Positions 1-8,839 are shown, counted from the first letter of the stretch. The stretch: DNA of 64,000 nucleotides from Candidatus Kerfeldbacteria bacterium (GCA_016193315.1 JACPSJ010000004.1:65708-129707), one strand, 5' to 3'. The notes: generated by a model not told the origin, from the sequence alone. Translations and numbers: made by a program.

Positions 1-717
1 CGCACGGGTGATGGCCTGGCGAATCCACCAGGTGGCGTAGGTCGAAAACTTGTAGCCCTTGCGGTAATCGAACTTCTCGACCGCGCGGAAGAGTCCGATG
101 TTGCCTTCTTGAATCAGGTCGAGGAGCGACAGCGAGCGGCCGGTAAACTTCTTGGCGATCGAGACGACCAATCGCAAGTTGGCTTCGACTAGTCGTTTGG
201 CCGCTTCTTTGTCCGCTGCTTCCTTGCGTTTGGCCAGCTGCACTTCCTCCTCAGCCGTCAAGAGAGGCACCTTACCGATTTCGCGCAGGTACATCTGAAT
301 CGAGTCGCTGGATATGTCGCCGAGGTCGAAATGCCGCTCTTCATGGGGCAGATGTTTCTTGGCTTTGCTCGGCTCGAGGAATTCCGGTTTCTGCGGCGCC
401 AGGATGCTCGGTCCAGTTTCCACCACCGCCACGCCCTGCTGCTCGAACTCGTCAAGGAGTTTCAGGTACCCCGGCAGGTAGTCCTCCAGATCGGGAAAGG
501 CATACAGCAGTTCGGTCTCGGTCACGAACCCGCGCTGCCGACCTTTTTGGATCAGGTTCTTGACCTGGGCCGCCGGAAACACTGCCTGGCGTTCTGGTCG
601 GCGGACAGCTTCAAGCTTGGCGGTCCTTTTTGCCGCTTTGCTTGACCCCCTCGCCTTGGCGGCCAGTTTGGATTTTCCGGCTGAGCCGGACTTACGCGCA
701 GTTTTTTTTGGCGTCAA
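1..717 (-). CDS. rpoD: RNA polymerase sigma-70 factor RpoD, 5' portion only; the 3' end lies beyond coordinate 1
   Basis: Minus-strand translation gives [19 protein letters not shown]...[24 protein letters not shown] (sigma-70 regions 1.2 to 2.4) with no stop before the window edge. A basic region-1.1 tail lies upstream. The putative TTG start at 717 is uncertain. This gives the classic dnaG-rpoD order. Confidence 0.85.
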   Translation of the reverse strand, partial: MTPKKTARKSGSAGKSKLAAKARGSSKAAKRTAKLEAVRRPERQAVFPAAQVKNLIQKGRQRGFVTETELLYAFPDLEDYLPGYLKLLDEFEQQGVAVVETGPSILAPQKPEFLEPSKAKKHLPHEERHFDLGDISSDSIQMYLREIGKVPLLTAEEEVQLAKRKEAADKEAAKRLVEANLRLVVSIAKKFTGRSLSLLDLIQEGNIGLFRAVEKFDYRKGYKFSTYATWWIRQAITRA

Positions 718-725
718 CGGTAACG

Positions 726-2525
726 CTAGTTAAGTTCACGGAGTTGTCTGGTCAGCTGTTGGAAACGGTCGAGCAGGGTCGGCATCGCCGTTTGGTCTCC
801 CGTCGTCTGCCCTTCCAGGCGGCGGATGTCTTGTTCCAGCTCATAGAGCTGCTGCGATAGCCACCGCCGCTTCAGCGCGGTAAACATGGTTAACAGATCT
901 TCTTCGCGGTTGGTGGCATCGCTGGCGGCGCTGAATTCTTTGTCCGCCAGTAAGAAAAGGATGGTAAAGCGCTCTTGCTGATCCGGATCGAGGTCGACGA
1001 CAAGGGTCTCAATTTCCGCCCGCTGGGAAAAGCGGTGTTCAGTGTACCAGACGACGAGCGTCTTGTATAGCCGCTGTAGGTCGTCACCGACCAGGATGGC
1101 TGTTTCCAAACTGCCAGCCACCTGGCTGAGGAGTTGGGGCTGATGGATGAGCAGCGCCAGCAGCCGTTCGGAAATGGCCCGCCAGCGATCGACCGACGAC
1201 GCCGTTGGCGTGACCCCCGCCGATTGGCGGGGAGTTGGTCGACTCGCCGACAGCGATCGTTTGAGCGCGGCTGCTTCTACCCCGACCGCCGCGGCCAGCC
1301 GCTGCAGATAGTGCGCTTGCTCGATCGGATCGGCGACCTTAGCAATGATCGGTAACAACTCCCGGGCCACCGCCTTCTTGTCTTGCACCCGTCGCAGGTC
1401 GTGCTTATCCATCGCCTGGCTGAAAAAGTAATCCAAGGCTGGTTTGGCTTGGGTGATCGCTTGCCCCCAAGCCGCCGGATCGCGGCGGATGAGTTCGTCC
1501 GGATCTTTGCCGTGCGGAACGGTCAGGATGAAGACGTCGACCTGGGCTTGGAGAGCTTGGTCAACTCCGCGGAGCACGGCTTGGGCCCCGGCCGGATCTT
1601 GGTCAAAGGCGAAGATCAGCGCGTTGGTGAAGCGTTTGAGGTAGTGGACCTGGTCGCGCGTCAAGGCCGTGCCGCAGGTGGCCACGACATTGGTCACGCC
1701 GGCTTGGTGAGAAGCCAAACAGTCCATATAGCCTTCGACAATAATGGCTCGGTTGGCTTTCTTGATGGCCGCCCGGGCTTTGTCCAGCCCATAGAGAATC
1801 AAACTCTTGTTGTAAACGATCGTTTGCGGCGAGTTGATGTACTTCGGAGGGATGGCGCGATTCGGCTCGAGGGCCGGCTCGTAGATCCGGCCGCTGAAGG
1901 CGATGGTCGTTCCTTGCGGATCGGCGATCGGGAACATGATCCGGCCGCGGAAACGATCAAGGTACCCGACCCCTCGGTCTTTTTTGATGGTCAGCCCAGC
2001 CTGGAAAATATCGTCGTCGGCAAATCCCTTCTGACGTAACGCTTGATAGGTTGCCTCCGGTTGGGCCGAGGCATAGCCGAGCTGCCAATCTTCGATCGTC
2101 TCATCGGACAGGCCTCGCTCACGGAGGTAGTCTCGGCTGCCGGCCGCTTCCTTGCTCCGGAGCAGCACCTGATGGTAGTACCGACTGACCCAGCGGAGAA
2201 CGTCGAGTACTTTTGTCCGCTGCGTCTGGAGTTTTGGATCGTAATCGCGGAGCGTCACGCCGGCCCGCTTGGCCAAGACGCGCAGCGCTTCGGGAAACTC
2301 GAGGCCTTCGAGCTCTTGGAGAAAAGTAAAGATGTCGCCGCCGCGGCCGCAACCGAAACAATGCCACGTCCCGCGCTCGCGCGAGACCATGAACGATGGC
2401 GTCCGTTCATTATGGAACGGGCACCGCGCTTTCCAGTTCTGCCCGGCCGGCTTCAGCGGTACGTGCTCGTTGATGAAATCAACGAGATCGAGCCGCTGCT
2501 TAATTTCTTCAACTGGGGTTGGCAT
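726..2525 (-). CDS. dnaG: DNA primase DnaG
   Basis: 599 aa with a CHC2 zinc finger ([30 protein letters not shown]) and a TOPRIM motif ([26 protein letters not shown]). It sits directly upstream of rpoD. Confidence 0.9.
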   Translation of the reverse strand: MPTPVEEIKQRLDLVDFINEHVPLKPAGQNWKARCPFHNERTPSFMVSRERGTWHCFGCGRGGDIFTFLQELEGLEFPEALRVLAKRAGVTLRDYDPKLQTQRTKVLDVLRWVSRYYHQVLLRSKEAAGSRDYLRERGLSDETIEDWQLGYASAQPEATYQALRQKGFADDDIFQAGLTIKKDRGVGYLDRFRGRIMFPIADPQGTTIAFSGRIYEPALEPNRAIPPKYINSPQTIVYNKSLILYGLDKARAAIKKANRAIIVEGYMDCLASHQAGVTNVVATCGTALTRDQVHYLKRFTNALIFAFDQDPAGAQAVLRGVDQALQAQVDVFILTVPHGKDPDELIRRDPAAWGQAITQAKPALDYFFSQAMDKHDLRRVQDKKAVARELLPIIAKVADPIEQAHYLQRLAAAVGVEAAALKRSLSASRPTPRQSAGVTPTASSVDRWRAISERLLALLIHQPQLLSQVAGSLETAILVGDDLQRLYKTLVVWYTEHRFSQRAEIETLVVDLDPDQQERFTILFLLADKEFSAASDATNREEDLLTMFTALKRRWLSQQLYELEQDIRRLEGQTTGDQTAMPTLLDRFQQLTRQLRELN

Positions 2526-2529
2526 CTGA

Positions 2530-2631
2530 TTAGTCGTTGACTCGCCGCAAGAATGATTGAGCGCCGGCGAGATCCTGAGCCTGGCCGAATGGATCCAGGC
2601 GCTGTTTGATCTCTTCGACGGGGGTTGGCAT
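2530..2631 (-). CDS. 33-aa upstream ORF whose first 13 residues ([13 protein letters not shown]) are identical to the DnaG N-terminus
   Basis: ATG at 2631 (minus strand) and stop 4 nt before the dnaG ATG. Codons 1-13 differ from dnaG at 7 synonymous positions and 0 nonsynonymous positions. Confidence 0.3.
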   Translation of the reverse strand: MPTPVEEIKQRLDPFGQAQDLAGAQSFLRRVND

Positions 2632-2730
2632 CTCTCTTACCCTAGCAAACGTTAGCCAAAAACGCCACGTTTGAACTCGGCGATCGCAAAACCACCCCGC
2701 CGGATGGCGAGGCGGTTAACGACGGGTCCG

Positions 2731-3309
2731 TTAGTGGACCAAAATCATGTCGGCCAAGCGGTACTTGATAATCTGGCCCCAGCTGCTATCACCGAGATCG
2801 GCCTCATTCCAAGTGCCGGAGGCTGAAGCATCCCGCCACTGTGTCTGGTCATGGTAGTTCTCCATGAACTCGCCGCTCATCCAGTGGACGTTTGTCCGGC
2901 CCCGCTGCAGCGGACTGGTGGCCGTCCAGTCAACTGCCACCGTCACTTCCTCCGAAGTCAGATAGTCAAAGTCCCAGAGCGTGACCGTGGTTGCCGCCAA
3001 CGACGCGGTATTCAGCCGCCGGTCAACCGTGAACATCGAATTGGCGACGGTTGTTTCCCCGGACATGCAGGTGACCTCCTCGGTCAGGAGGTTGCCGGAA
3101 CAACGACCAACGAAGACAAATGTCCCGTCTTTCGTTTGGTCGGTGGCCACGAAGGTGTCGGTGAAATCTTCCTCCGTGCCGGTGAACCATTCGGCCGCCG
3201 CTCCTTGGCCGTTGGCCCGGAATTTTGTTAGCGACTCCAGTGCCTGGGCCGGCTGGGGGACCATCGTGATCATCACTCCCACCACCAGGCTGGCGATAAA
3301 GACTTTCAT
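2731..3309 (-). CDS. hypothetical secreted protein
   Basis: 192-aa ORF with N-terminal signal peptide MKVFIASLVVGVMITMVPQPAQA. No recognisable motif. Confidence 0.5.
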   Translation of the reverse strand: MKVFIASLVVGVMITMVPQPAQALESLTKFRANGQGAAAEWFTGTEEDFTDTFVATDQTKDGTFVFVGRCSGNLLTEEVTCMSGETTVANSMFTVDRRLNTASLAATTVTLWDFDYLTSEEVTVAVDWTATSPLQRGRTNVHWMSGEFMENYHDQTQWRDASASGTWNEADLGDSSWGQIIKYRLADMILVH

Positions 3310-3415
3310 AGGCCTAAAGCATAGTGATTAATCCCGTCCTTCTGATGCTAACGCCCACCAGGCAACGACCTTCTCCCCGCAACCTACAGCCGGAGGCGCC
3401 CCCTGCCAAGTCAAG

Positions 3416-3838
3416 CTATGGCCGGGCTGGATTCTTGCTTCTACCCATCAACCACCCCACCACGGCGGCGATGAGCGCCGGTGAGACGCCGACCAGATAC
3501 ATCCGCATGACTCGGAAAAACGATTCATCTGAACTGTTGAATATCGCTTCCAGCAGCACGACCACCAGGAGAAAGAGTAGCGGACGTTTCAGCCAGCGAC
3601 CGATCACGAAGGCAATGGGGATGATAATCAGTCCAGAAATCAGGATGGGAAAAAATATCCCCAAATGGTTAGACAGGCGGTCACCGCAGAATAGCAATCC
3701 GCCCAAGCAGAATGAGCGATAGAGTAGCGCTCCGAGAAATGACGTGACCACATTAAGCCCCAGCGCCAGCCAGAGCATTCGAGTCGACATAACGTTCGTG
3801 GGCAGTGATCCGAACATGCCTAGTAGCTCGCCTCCCAA
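3416..3838 (-). CDS. hypothetical integral membrane protein
   Basis: 140-aa ORF with 3-4 hydrophobic helices. It overlaps the upstream gene by 19 nt, which suggests an operon. Confidence 0.45.
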   Translation of the reverse strand: MGGELLGMFGSLPTNVMSTRMLWLALGLNVVTSFLGALLYRSFCLGGLLFCGDRLSNHLGIFFPILISGLIIIPIAFVIGRWLKRPLLFLLVVVLLEAIFNSSDESFFRVMRMYLVGVSPALIAAVVGWLMGRSKNPARP

Positions 3839-4239
3839 CGAACCGGCGGCTCGGACCCATTATCCATGAAGCGCATCCACTGCGGCGTGAACTTGAAGAA
3901 GACGCTGCCGGTCAGCACGTGCCGGTCATATTCGGGGTGCTTGACCACGAACAGAGCCTTCATCCGTTCCAGCTCTGGGCCGCTCAGTTCGACCGCCGCG
4001 CCGTGCATTTGCAACGATTGCCAACCCTTGCTGAACGCCAGGGCGGCTTTGGGGTTCTGCTTTAGATTGTGATATTTTCTGGTCGGATGGGTGCCGAAGA
4101 TGATGTCCAGGTCCGGCGTCTCGGCAAACAGAATAACTGCCGCCCCGGGCATGCACTGACGGTCAGTGGTGGCGATGACCATCACCGGGTGACTGGACAG
4201 GAATTCGAGTGTCGCCTGACGTTGCTGTGCAGTTAACAC
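3820..4239 (-). CDS. pyridoxamine 5'-phosphate oxidase-family FMN-binding protein
   Basis: 139 aa with a PNPOx-like split-barrel pattern (VMVIATTDRQCMPGAAVILF...HPEYDR). Family assignment is by eye. Confidence 0.6.
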   Translation of the reverse strand: MLTAQQRQATLEFLSSHPVMVIATTDRQCMPGAAVILFAETPDLDIIFGTHPTRKYHNLKQNPKAALAFSKGWQSLQMHGAAVELSGPELERMKALFVVKHPEYDRHVLTGSVFFKFTPQWMRFMDNGSEPPVRWEASY

Positions 4240-4246
4240 GGTCTCG

Positions 4247-4576
4247 TCACGAACGCCGAGCCTCGATCATGAACAACAGCGCCAGCGCTACGGTGGCAAA
4301 GACCCCGGTCCAAAAGAGCCACCGCCAAGCGGTCTCCACCCGACGCTCGTCACTTAACCGGTTGGTCGGAACGAGCAGCACCCAACTCACCAAGAACGCC
4401 GCCAGAGCTAATGCGCCCTTGCCCAGCCAGTGGTGAGTAAACGCACCTTTCAACCAATCTTTCCATCCGGGTTGCAGTTCGCCGATCACCGTCAGTAGGG
4501 TGACGACCATGATCGCCACCGTCGCCGCCATGATGGGCGCGACGAGGATCGAAGTTTTTTTCTCGGTTTGTTCCAT
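4247..4576 (-). CDS. hypothetical membrane protein
   Basis: The listed 183-aa ORF has a non-protein-like N-terminal extension. The internal ATG at 4576 (MEQTEKKTSILVAPIMAATVAIMVV...) gives a 109-aa protein with 3 TM helices. It abuts the upstream gene. Confidence 0.45.
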   Translation of the reverse strand: MEQTEKKTSILVAPIMAATVAIMVVTLLTVIGELQPGWKDWLKGAFTHHWLGKGALALAAFLVSWVLLVPTNRLSDERRVETAWRWLFWTGVFATVALALLFMIEARRS

Positions 4577-4581
4577 AAACG

Positions 4582-5037
4582 CTATCGTACCGCTCCGGAA
4601 ATGCCGGTGCCAGCCAGCGCCATGGCCGCCCCGAGAAAGACAATCAGCCCGCACAGCCAGCCCAACCAGCGGCGGGTTCCGTCCGGCAACTGATCGCCCG
4701 GACTGACCCGCCAGATGGCAATCGTCACCACCGCCGCCAGGAATGGTAAGAACAGAAAGACGTGCTCTTTCCACTCCATCAGGAAGGCATGTGCCCACGG
4801 GTACGGCCCAGCCTTGATGAGGGGCTTAACGGTGGCACCGTAGTAGGTGACGTAATACACCGCCCCCGTCACCCAGGAAACAAGGATCATGATCAGCCCA
4901 GTCATACTCTCGGCCCGGAGGGCGCGGAAATTCTTGGCGCCGCGAAGCAGATTGAACCACGCACCATAGAATCCAGCCGTGCCGGCCAAACCAGCTAACA
5001 CGTGGATTACCAAGTAGATTGTCAGGGCCGAGGTCAT
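4582..5037 (-). CDS. hypothetical membrane protein
   Basis: 151 aa with 4 predicted TM helices. It is in series with neighbouring membrane ORFs on the same strand. Confidence 0.5.
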   Translation of the reverse strand: MTSALTIYLVIHVLAGLAGTAGFYGAWFNLLRGAKNFRALRAESMTGLIMILVSWVTGAVYYVTYYGATVKPLIKAGPYPWAHAFLMEWKEHVFLFLPFLAAVVTIAIWRVSPGDQLPDGTRRWLGWLCGLIVFLGAAMALAGTGISGAVR

Positions 5038-5531
5038 GGCTGTTTCATCCTTGGTTCCTCAGACTGTCGGAAAATCGCGGCCACCATGATGACCACCAAG
5101 AGGTAAACAGTAACGATCATCCAGAAGGACCATTCCAAACCCCGCCAGGCACCCAGGATTAAGGCGCTGTACCATGAGACGATCGACACCGCCGCGCCCA
5201 GCCAGAGCGGGATCTTCCGCACCTGGAGGAGCAGGGCATTGCCAAGAATGATGCCGGTCAAGATCAACTTGACCCAGATTCGCGGTTCGTAGAGCCACTC
5301 GCTGTGACCGGACAGCCGCGCCAGCAGAAAGAATCCGAAGCCGGAGACCACCAATAACGCCATGCCGAAGCGCATGACCGCGTACGAAATACGGAGCATC
5401 GGCGCTTCGCTCGGGTCAATGACTTGGTCGCGGCGGGCTTGGCGGAACAGCAGTTCGGCCATGGTCGCGCCGCCGACACCCAGGACGGTACCGACGATGT
5501 GGAGAATCGAGAGAATAACTGACCACGACAT
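5034..5531 (-). CDS. hypothetical membrane protein
   Basis: 165 aa with 4-5 TM helices. It overlaps the downstream ORF by 4 nt, which suggests an operon. Confidence 0.5.
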   Translation of the reverse strand: MSWSVILSILHIVGTVLGVGGATMAELLFRQARRDQVIDPSEAPMLRISYAVMRFGMALLVVSGFGFFLLARLSGHSEWLYEPRIWVKLILTGIILGNALLLQVRKIPLWLGAAVSIVSWYSALILGAWRGLEWSFWMIVTVYLLVVIMVAAIFRQSEEPRMKQP

Positions 5532-5535
5532 AGGT

Positions 5536-5883
5536 TTAGAACGGCAGTCGGTGCCTGCTCCTGAGCTGATGGAGTATCCGGCAGGTATCGACGATGCGTC
5601 GATCCGTTATCCGATAGACCACACGCGGTCCGGCCACGGAACCCGTGACGTTCCTCCGCTGCGCCGTCACCAGCCCGGCCAGGCGAAGCAAACCGAGGTG
5701 TTGAGAGATGTTAGCCTTTCGCCGGGCGATGATCCTCGCTAACTCCTGCACAGTCAAATCCCCTTGACTTAGCAAGTTCAGGATCTCCAACCGCACCGGG
5801 TGAGCCATCAGCCGATAGGTGGCGGCGTTTTGTCCGTAGGCCCGCCGTGGCAGCGGGGATTTCACGCGATGAGAATTCTTCAT
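5536..5883 (-). CDS. ArsR/SmtB-family HTH transcriptional regulator
   Basis: 115 aa with YRLMAHPVRLEILNLLSQGDLTVQELARIIARRKANISQHLGLLRLAGLV, a typical ArsR winged helix. It is the first gene of a minus-strand cluster. Confidence 0.7.
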   Translation of the reverse strand: MKNSHRVKSPLPRRAYGQNAATYRLMAHPVRLEILNLLSQGDLTVQELARIIARRKANISQHLGLLRLAGLVTAQRRNVTGSVAGPRVVYRITDRRIVDTCRILHQLRSRHRLPF

Positions 5884-6084
5884 GGTGCTGTGATCTGCCC
5901 TTGGCCAGAAGAAATACTTTCACCGCCAAATGGGTGGCCGGGGACGAAAAGCATTACTAGACGGGTTTCATTGTTTCGAAACTCCGAAACTATTATGGTC
6001 CCCGACACGAATTCTGTCAAGTGAATACGGCCGGGCAATATTTTTGCCAAGCCGAACCGATTTTGGAATCTGCGCTTTTACGAT

Positions 6085-6846
6085 CTACCGTGTTGTCACG
6101 TTGACCAGTTCGACTTGCTCCTCGCCCCCCTTGACTGACTCTTCGAGAACTACAAAACCAACCTGCGGGCAGTAATATTTGTATTCATTCAGGCTCTTTT
6201 CCACCACGCTCCAATCGCGTGTTTGGAGACAGTGATCGAATGTGCCGGAGGGTACCCGGACTGTTTGTTCGAGGGCCACAACATCCCCCATGTCCTCGGC
6301 TATCCCGGCATAGTACTCTTGACGGTACCGGTCACCGACCTTGGGATTGGCCAACATCACGATTCCCGGCTTGGCGCCATCGATACCGACCTCCCAAGAG
6401 CCGTCATGATTTTTCAGTTTCCCGTTCTCATAGTTGTCGACTGCTTCGCCGAAGTACCACACGTCGCCGTTCTTGGCCTGGGCATACCAATCCCTCGTAT
6501 CTTCCGCCAGCTGGTTATCGACCCAAGCTCGATCTCTGACCTCGACCGTGGCAACGTCCATGACCGTCTTGATCTCGTTCGTCACTTCCGTCTCGATGCG
6601 TTCGTTACTCCCAGCCGCACTGTTCTGATAGGAAAACTTTTGGCCCGGGACCAGCGTAAAGAAACGGTTGTTGATGGTGGTCGAAAAATCAGCCGGGTTG
6701 ATGACTGGTTGGTAGGATGAATTGACAAGCGTTGTGGTGTGGTCGTTCTGCTCGGCTTTTGGTTGTTTAGAGATATAGTAAAGTCCGCTAAAAATTACGG
6801 CCACCACGGCCAGGCCAATGATTAAGTAGATGGATGGTTTGGTCAT
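6085..6846 (-). CDS. hypothetical membrane-anchored protein
   Basis: 253 aa with an N-terminal signal anchor (IYLIIGLAVVAVIFSGLYY) and a soluble domain of unknown function. Confidence 0.5.
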   Translation of the reverse strand: MTKPSIYLIIGLAVVAVIFSGLYYISKQPKAEQNDHTTTLVNSSYQPVINPADFSTTINNRFFTLVPGQKFSYQNSAAGSNERIETEVTNEIKTVMDVATVEVRDRAWVDNQLAEDTRDWYAQAKNGDVWYFGEAVDNYENGKLKNHDGSWEVGIDGAKPGIVMLANPKVGDRYRQEYYAGIAEDMGDVVALEQTVRVPSGTFDHCLQTRDWSVVEKSLNEYKYYCPQVGFVVLEESVKGGEEQVELVNVTTR

Positions 6847-6877
6847 GAGTTGACCCTACTAAGTTGGTTGGCGACCG

Positions 6878-7588
6878 TCACCGAAGACGTAGACGGCGGG
6901 CCACCTGGGTGAGGTGCCCCACGTTCGCAAGCATGATCAGGGTCTTTTGTGCATTTTTCCCGGGGCCGATTTGAGGCCGGTGGGTCAGGTCGATACTTAA
7001 ACCAAGCACCGCCGATAACCTTCCTGATACAAGCAGTGGTTCTAACTTTCGTAATAATTGGTCAAACTTTAGATAACCGGCTCGCTTATTAAAATGCCCC
7101 GCATTTGCGATAAAAGATAGTTCGACCCCTAGATGTTCTGATAATTCTTTGCCATTGGCGAGTGACACATAGGGATCATCGTCAGATTGAAATACAACAA
7201 AGTGCCTTGCATTTGTCTTGATAGTTTCCCAATCAAAATCAAAACCGCTAAAAGCACTATCTCGGTCATAATGAAGGATCGGTCGTACCCCAATAGGCGT
7301 TCCCACAAATATAGCGGCTTTTATAGGGGTCTTGATCTTCTCCAGTGCTCGAAGAGTGAAGATACCGCCTAAGCTGTGTCCGATGAAAATTGTATCGTGG
7401 TCGATGTATTTTTCATAATCTTTTAGCACGTCGAACCATTCACTTACCTTTGCTGGTACTACGGGAAGTGAAGGAAATTGGGGAACAAAAACTTTGTGCC
7501 CTAATGCTTCAAGCCTCTCTTTAAGCCAGGGAAACCAATTTTCTTCCGGGTACCCTTCTGTCCCGTGAACAATAAAGACCGTCCTCAT
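6878..7588 (-). CDS. alpha/beta-fold serine hydrolase (YdeN/RBBP9-like esterase)
   Basis: 236 aa with a GHSLGG nucleophile elbow and N-terminal IVHGTEGYPEENWFPW. GC here is about 45%, against about 60% in the flanks. Confidence 0.65.
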   Translation of the reverse strand: MRTVFIVHGTEGYPEENWFPWLKERLEALGHKVFVPQFPSLPVVPAKVSEWFDVLKDYEKYIDHDTIFIGHSLGGIFTLRALEKIKTPIKAAIFVGTPIGVRPILHYDRDSAFSGFDFDWETIKTNARHFVVFQSDDDPYVSLANGKELSEHLGVELSFIANAGHFNKRAGYLKFDQLLRKLEPLLVSGRLSAVLGLSIDLTHRPQIGPGKNAQKTLIMLANVGHLTQVARRLRLR

Positions 7589-7662
7589 GTCTTACTATTC
7601 GTTATTGTTAGGCCATCTGGTGGCACGATACTTTGTTCTATTGGCGGAGGCGGGAGCCCCGC

Positions 7663-7939
7663 ACCAGAGCGGAGAGAGGGAGATTCGCCCGGCGAAGCCG
7701 GGTCCGGTTTCGCCGGAAACTCTCAATACCTCGGGTTACACGCTTTCTCCCGCCAGTGGCGGAGAGGACAGGATTCGAACCTGCGATACTTTGCAGTATA
7801 CACGCTTTCCAAGCGTGCGCCTTCAACCACTCGGCCACCTCTCCGCCACTGGCGGGATCTCGCCCGTATTGTAAATAAGTTTGGAGCTCGACAACCGAGC
7901 GCACTCGACCACCATGCGATCTCTCCGCTCTGGTGCGGG
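7663..7939. repeat. perfect 21-bp inverted repeat pair (ccccgcaccagagcggagaga / tctctccgctctggtgcgggg) placed symmetrically about 72 bp either side of tRNA-Ser
   Basis: The left arm is at 7663-7683 and the right arm at 7919-7939. An imperfect extension brings the repeat to about 50 bp (gttcta-N20-gccccgcacc...). Confidence 0.6.
7757..7844 (-). tRNA. tRNA-Ser (anticodon GGA), class II with long variable arm; CCA encoded
   Basis: Minus-strand sequence GGAGAGGUGGCCGAGUGGUUGAAGGCGCACGCUUGGAAAGCGUG...CAGGUUCGAAUCCUGUCCUCUCCGCCA. It has a 7-bp acceptor stem, discriminator G, anticodon loop UUGGAAA and a T-loop. Confidence 0.85.
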
Positions 7940-7961
7940 GCAGGAACGCCTATTCACCACT

Positions 7962-8126
7962 CTAGAACTCATTTCAAAACCTGCTTTCAGGGCGAAATGG
8001 TCGGTTTCGCGGGCGAGGCGCTGCGGCGGAGGGTGAAATGTATTGGAGATACATTGAACCCGGGCCGCCAGCCGGAGCCCGAAATCGGGCCTGGCAGCCG
8101 AAATGAGGTTTTGAAATGAGTTCTAG
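7962..8126. repeat. 165-bp element bounded by a perfect 20-bp inverted repeat (ctagaactcatttcaaaacc / ggttttgaaatgagttctag); MITE-like or structured-RNA candidate
   Basis: The arms are at 7962-7981 and 8107-8126. The interior is rich in GAAA-type loops (gggcgaaatgg, gggtgaaatg, gcccgaaatcgggc, gccgaaatga). A CTAG sits at both outer ends. Confidence 0.55.
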
Positions 8127-8304
8127 CCTGCCGCGTGGCGCGAAGCGCTTTACGCGGCACGCCTCCGTTCGAGCATCAGCGCTGAGAACCGCTCCCACCC
8201 TACCAAAAAAATAGCGACAAGAAAAGCCCTTCCGGGGGATGGAAGGGGTGAATCCAAGAAGCGAGGCTTGTGTTCGCCGCCCGACGGCGAGGGAACCGCC
8301 CGTC

Positions 8305-8655
8305 CTAGGCGACCGCCATTTCGGCGGGAGTTTCGGTCGGCATCGGCCGCCCGAGAATCGCCGCGTTGGCCTTGGCCAAGACCTGGTTGGCCCATGCTTG
8401 ACCATCGTCGCCCGGTCTCAACCCGGCCAAGAACTCCCTGGCCGGATCACAGTATCGCCCGAGAACCGCGCGCCGCGTTGGCGTATCCTGTCCGTGGCCG
8501 AAGAGATGCGTTGCACGCATGTGCAACTGCAGTGGGCTGCCCCTGGCCAGCAGCGCCTCGACCTCCTGGGACTCGAGTCCCATGGCCAGCAGCTGCTGCT
8601 CGAGGCGGTCGAGGGCGCTTCCTAGTTCCGGGCAGACAGATTCGGTGATGTCCAT
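8305..8655 (-). CDS. hypothetical small protein (116 aa)
   Basis: A strong SD (GGAGGA) sits 4 nt before ATG 8655. The sequence is protein-like (MDITESVCPELGSALDRLEQQLLAMGLESQEVEALLARG...). No recognised family. Confidence 0.4.
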   Translation of the reverse strand: MDITESVCPELGSALDRLEQQLLAMGLESQEVEALLARGSPLQLHMRATHLFGHGQDTPTRRAVLGRYCDPAREFLAGLRPGDDGQAWANQVLAKANAAILGRPMPTETPAEMAVA

Positions 8656-8839
8656 TGGTCCTCCGAACTTTGGACTTCCCGTGAACGATCCGCAACAAAA
8701 AGTACGAGGTCTGGACCACGGCCTCCTCCGCAGCCAGGTTGACGCCTGATGGCGAAATGATCGAGCTTATGGCTGGAAACCTAACTAGGCTAGACTAAAA
8801 TGGGCCGGGCGTCAATCCCCGGGTGGCCCGCCTTCATCC

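Noticed and set aside
258-455. 65-aa minus-strand ORF and 331..645 plus-strand ORF
   Set aside because: They are out of frame inside, or antisense to, the rpoD coding sequence, whose translation shows unmistakable sigma-70 motifs.
7565-8648. Long ORFs listed on both strands (e.g. 7565..8119 +, 7974..8405 -, 8239..8625 +, 8268..8648 +)
   Set aside because: The translations are Arg/Gly/Pro/Ala-dominated with no hydrophobic core or motif. These are typical frame artefacts of GC-rich noncoding DNA, so I treated the region as noncoding or structured instead.
8640-8690. Resemblance of the minus-strand sequence GGGAAGUCCAAAGUUCGGAGGACC to the RNase P RNA P4 region (GGAAAGUCCGGGCUCC)
   Set aside because: The segment is better explained as the GGAGGA Shine-Dalgarno and ATG of ORF 8305..8655. 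No other RNase P conserved blocks are nearby.
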